This document shows positions 20,531 through 21,658 of a stretch of 21,658 nucleotides of DNA, in pieces. The DNA is taken from positions 124,001 to 145,658 of the forward strand of contig JBEUKZ010000030.1 of the NCBI GenBank assembly GCA_048128005.1. Reading direction: 5' to 3'. Each line of letters opens with the position of its first letter. Within the stretch, counting starts at the first letter, position 1. The stretch comes from Veleropilina oligotropha. Taxonomy: Eukaryota. The position numbers were made by a program, and so were the translations under genes. Under the pieces are notes generated by a model. That model was not told the origin of the DNA and searched no databases. It saw only the letters and a program-made list of their open reading frames with translations.

Positions 20531-20726
20531 TAAATAAATAAATAAATTAGGTTTGCCTCATCACGAACATCTGCCCAGCAAGACCCCCCGGCCAGCGGAC
20601 CCTCCCCAGACCGAGCCACGCCATGACCGCCAGGTGGTACTGCGGAACACCACCCTATGGTCATGTCGTAACCCACCAGCCCAAAGAAGCCCACTGACCA
20701 GACCTTAAACCGGATGTCCCGACACA
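20531..20726 (-). other. GC-rich insert with a (TTTA)n tail, probable retroposon 3' end of unknown family
   Basis: An abrupt GC-rich block in AT-rich flanks, with (TAAA)n at 20531-20546 and an internal hairpin at 20622-20665. Confidence 0.45.
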
Positions 20727-21326
20727 GCTGAAAAATTGCTAAAAGTGGTCTTAAAAGAATGTTGCCAACCATGATGGTAAATTAATTGCTATTACAAGCC
20801 ATTGTGATTCATAATCCATGATAGAATCATGAAAGAGACCAAAATTTCATATCACGTTCATATTTTAAATTTTTGGTGCGATCTGAGAAACATGGAAATA
20901 CAGTTATATAATCAGTCTTGAAATGATTGCTATTTTATTTTGTTAAATTAGTCCTCAGCCCATACTATAATATTGATAGTACAAGCTATATGCATGTACC
21001 GCACAGCATATATGGTATGTCAGACGTGAGCAAAATCTAAATTTCTATCACAGAGTGTGGGTGTAGATGGGAATTAAATCATAAATTGAACAGCGAGGAA
21101 TATAGTCTTGTACTGGTATGGCAGTGTCAACGGACAATATGTTGGAGTCTGATTGTAGGTCTGCTGAAACTGCTAAGAAGTGTACTAGTATCTAAAACTT
21201 CATAATGATAAATAACCAGAGATGGATTCTTGAGGCTTTCCCATATGATACAATGTAATTATTAAGCAACCAGAAGATGAAATTAAGCAAGCTCTTTATT
21301 TGATTTCGGTTGCAGACTCCAAAAAA

Positions 21327-21534
21327 TCACTGACATGATCGGTCGTCAGTTCGAATCTCGGTTGAGACGTGTCATTATTTGTTCAAGTTATGAATCACAG
21401 TTGTCCGTAACTAGTCGTAGAGGGCTGGTTTCCCCAGGCAACCAGGCTTTCCTCCCGCGATAATATGGACATTCCTGTTTGAACTTAATGGTTGGAAATA
21501 TACAGGACATTAAGCATCCATTCTTTCCCTTTTC
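21327..21534 (+). mobile_element. Diverged second copy of the tRNA-derived SINE
   Basis: B-box GTTCGAATC (21349-21357). Shares ATTTGTTCAAGTT.TGAATCAC, TTTCCTCCCGCGATAA and AAATATACAGGACATT.AGCATC with 11940-12204. Confidence 0.85.
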
Positions 21535-21658
21535 ACCTCCACAACTGACTGATCGGGTGGGTGTACATGCGTTCGGCTGGTTGTCAGATATCGACCAAAC
21601 TCTATTCTTCATTATAAACCGTGCCACCTTATGAAACAGTGTTGTGACTTCATTTCTG

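Overview
AT-rich eukaryotic genomic DNA, probably from a marine invertebrate (inferred from the repeat types). The only host gene I can support is a minus-strand cytochrome P450 of the CYP46A1 (cholesterol 24-hydroxylase)-like type. Five consecutive internal exons (8756-8680, 7239-7153, 5515-5377, 4955-4845, 2669-2513) have canonical AG/GT sites and splice into one open frame of 190 codons. The rest is mostly nested transposable-element debris: a decayed Penelope-like retroelement (1-2105) ending in a compound tetranucleotide microsatellite; several Helentron-type non-autonomous elements with 145-170 bp internal tandem repeats; Crypton-like hairpin elements; MITEs; Academ-like remnants; and a decayed RTE-clade LINE with a tRNA-derived SINE inserted in it (perfect 13-bp TSD). 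The most interesting signal is at the left edge. An SGNH/GDSL-esterase-like ORF1 ends exactly at a T-TTA-AAC slippery heptamer plus stop. A small hairpin follows 7 nt later, and the -1 frame reads without an ATG into the Penelope RT N-terminus. This suggests an esterase-RT-GIY-YIG fusion made by programmed -1 frameshifting. Family assignments come from motif recognition by eye; no database searches were run.
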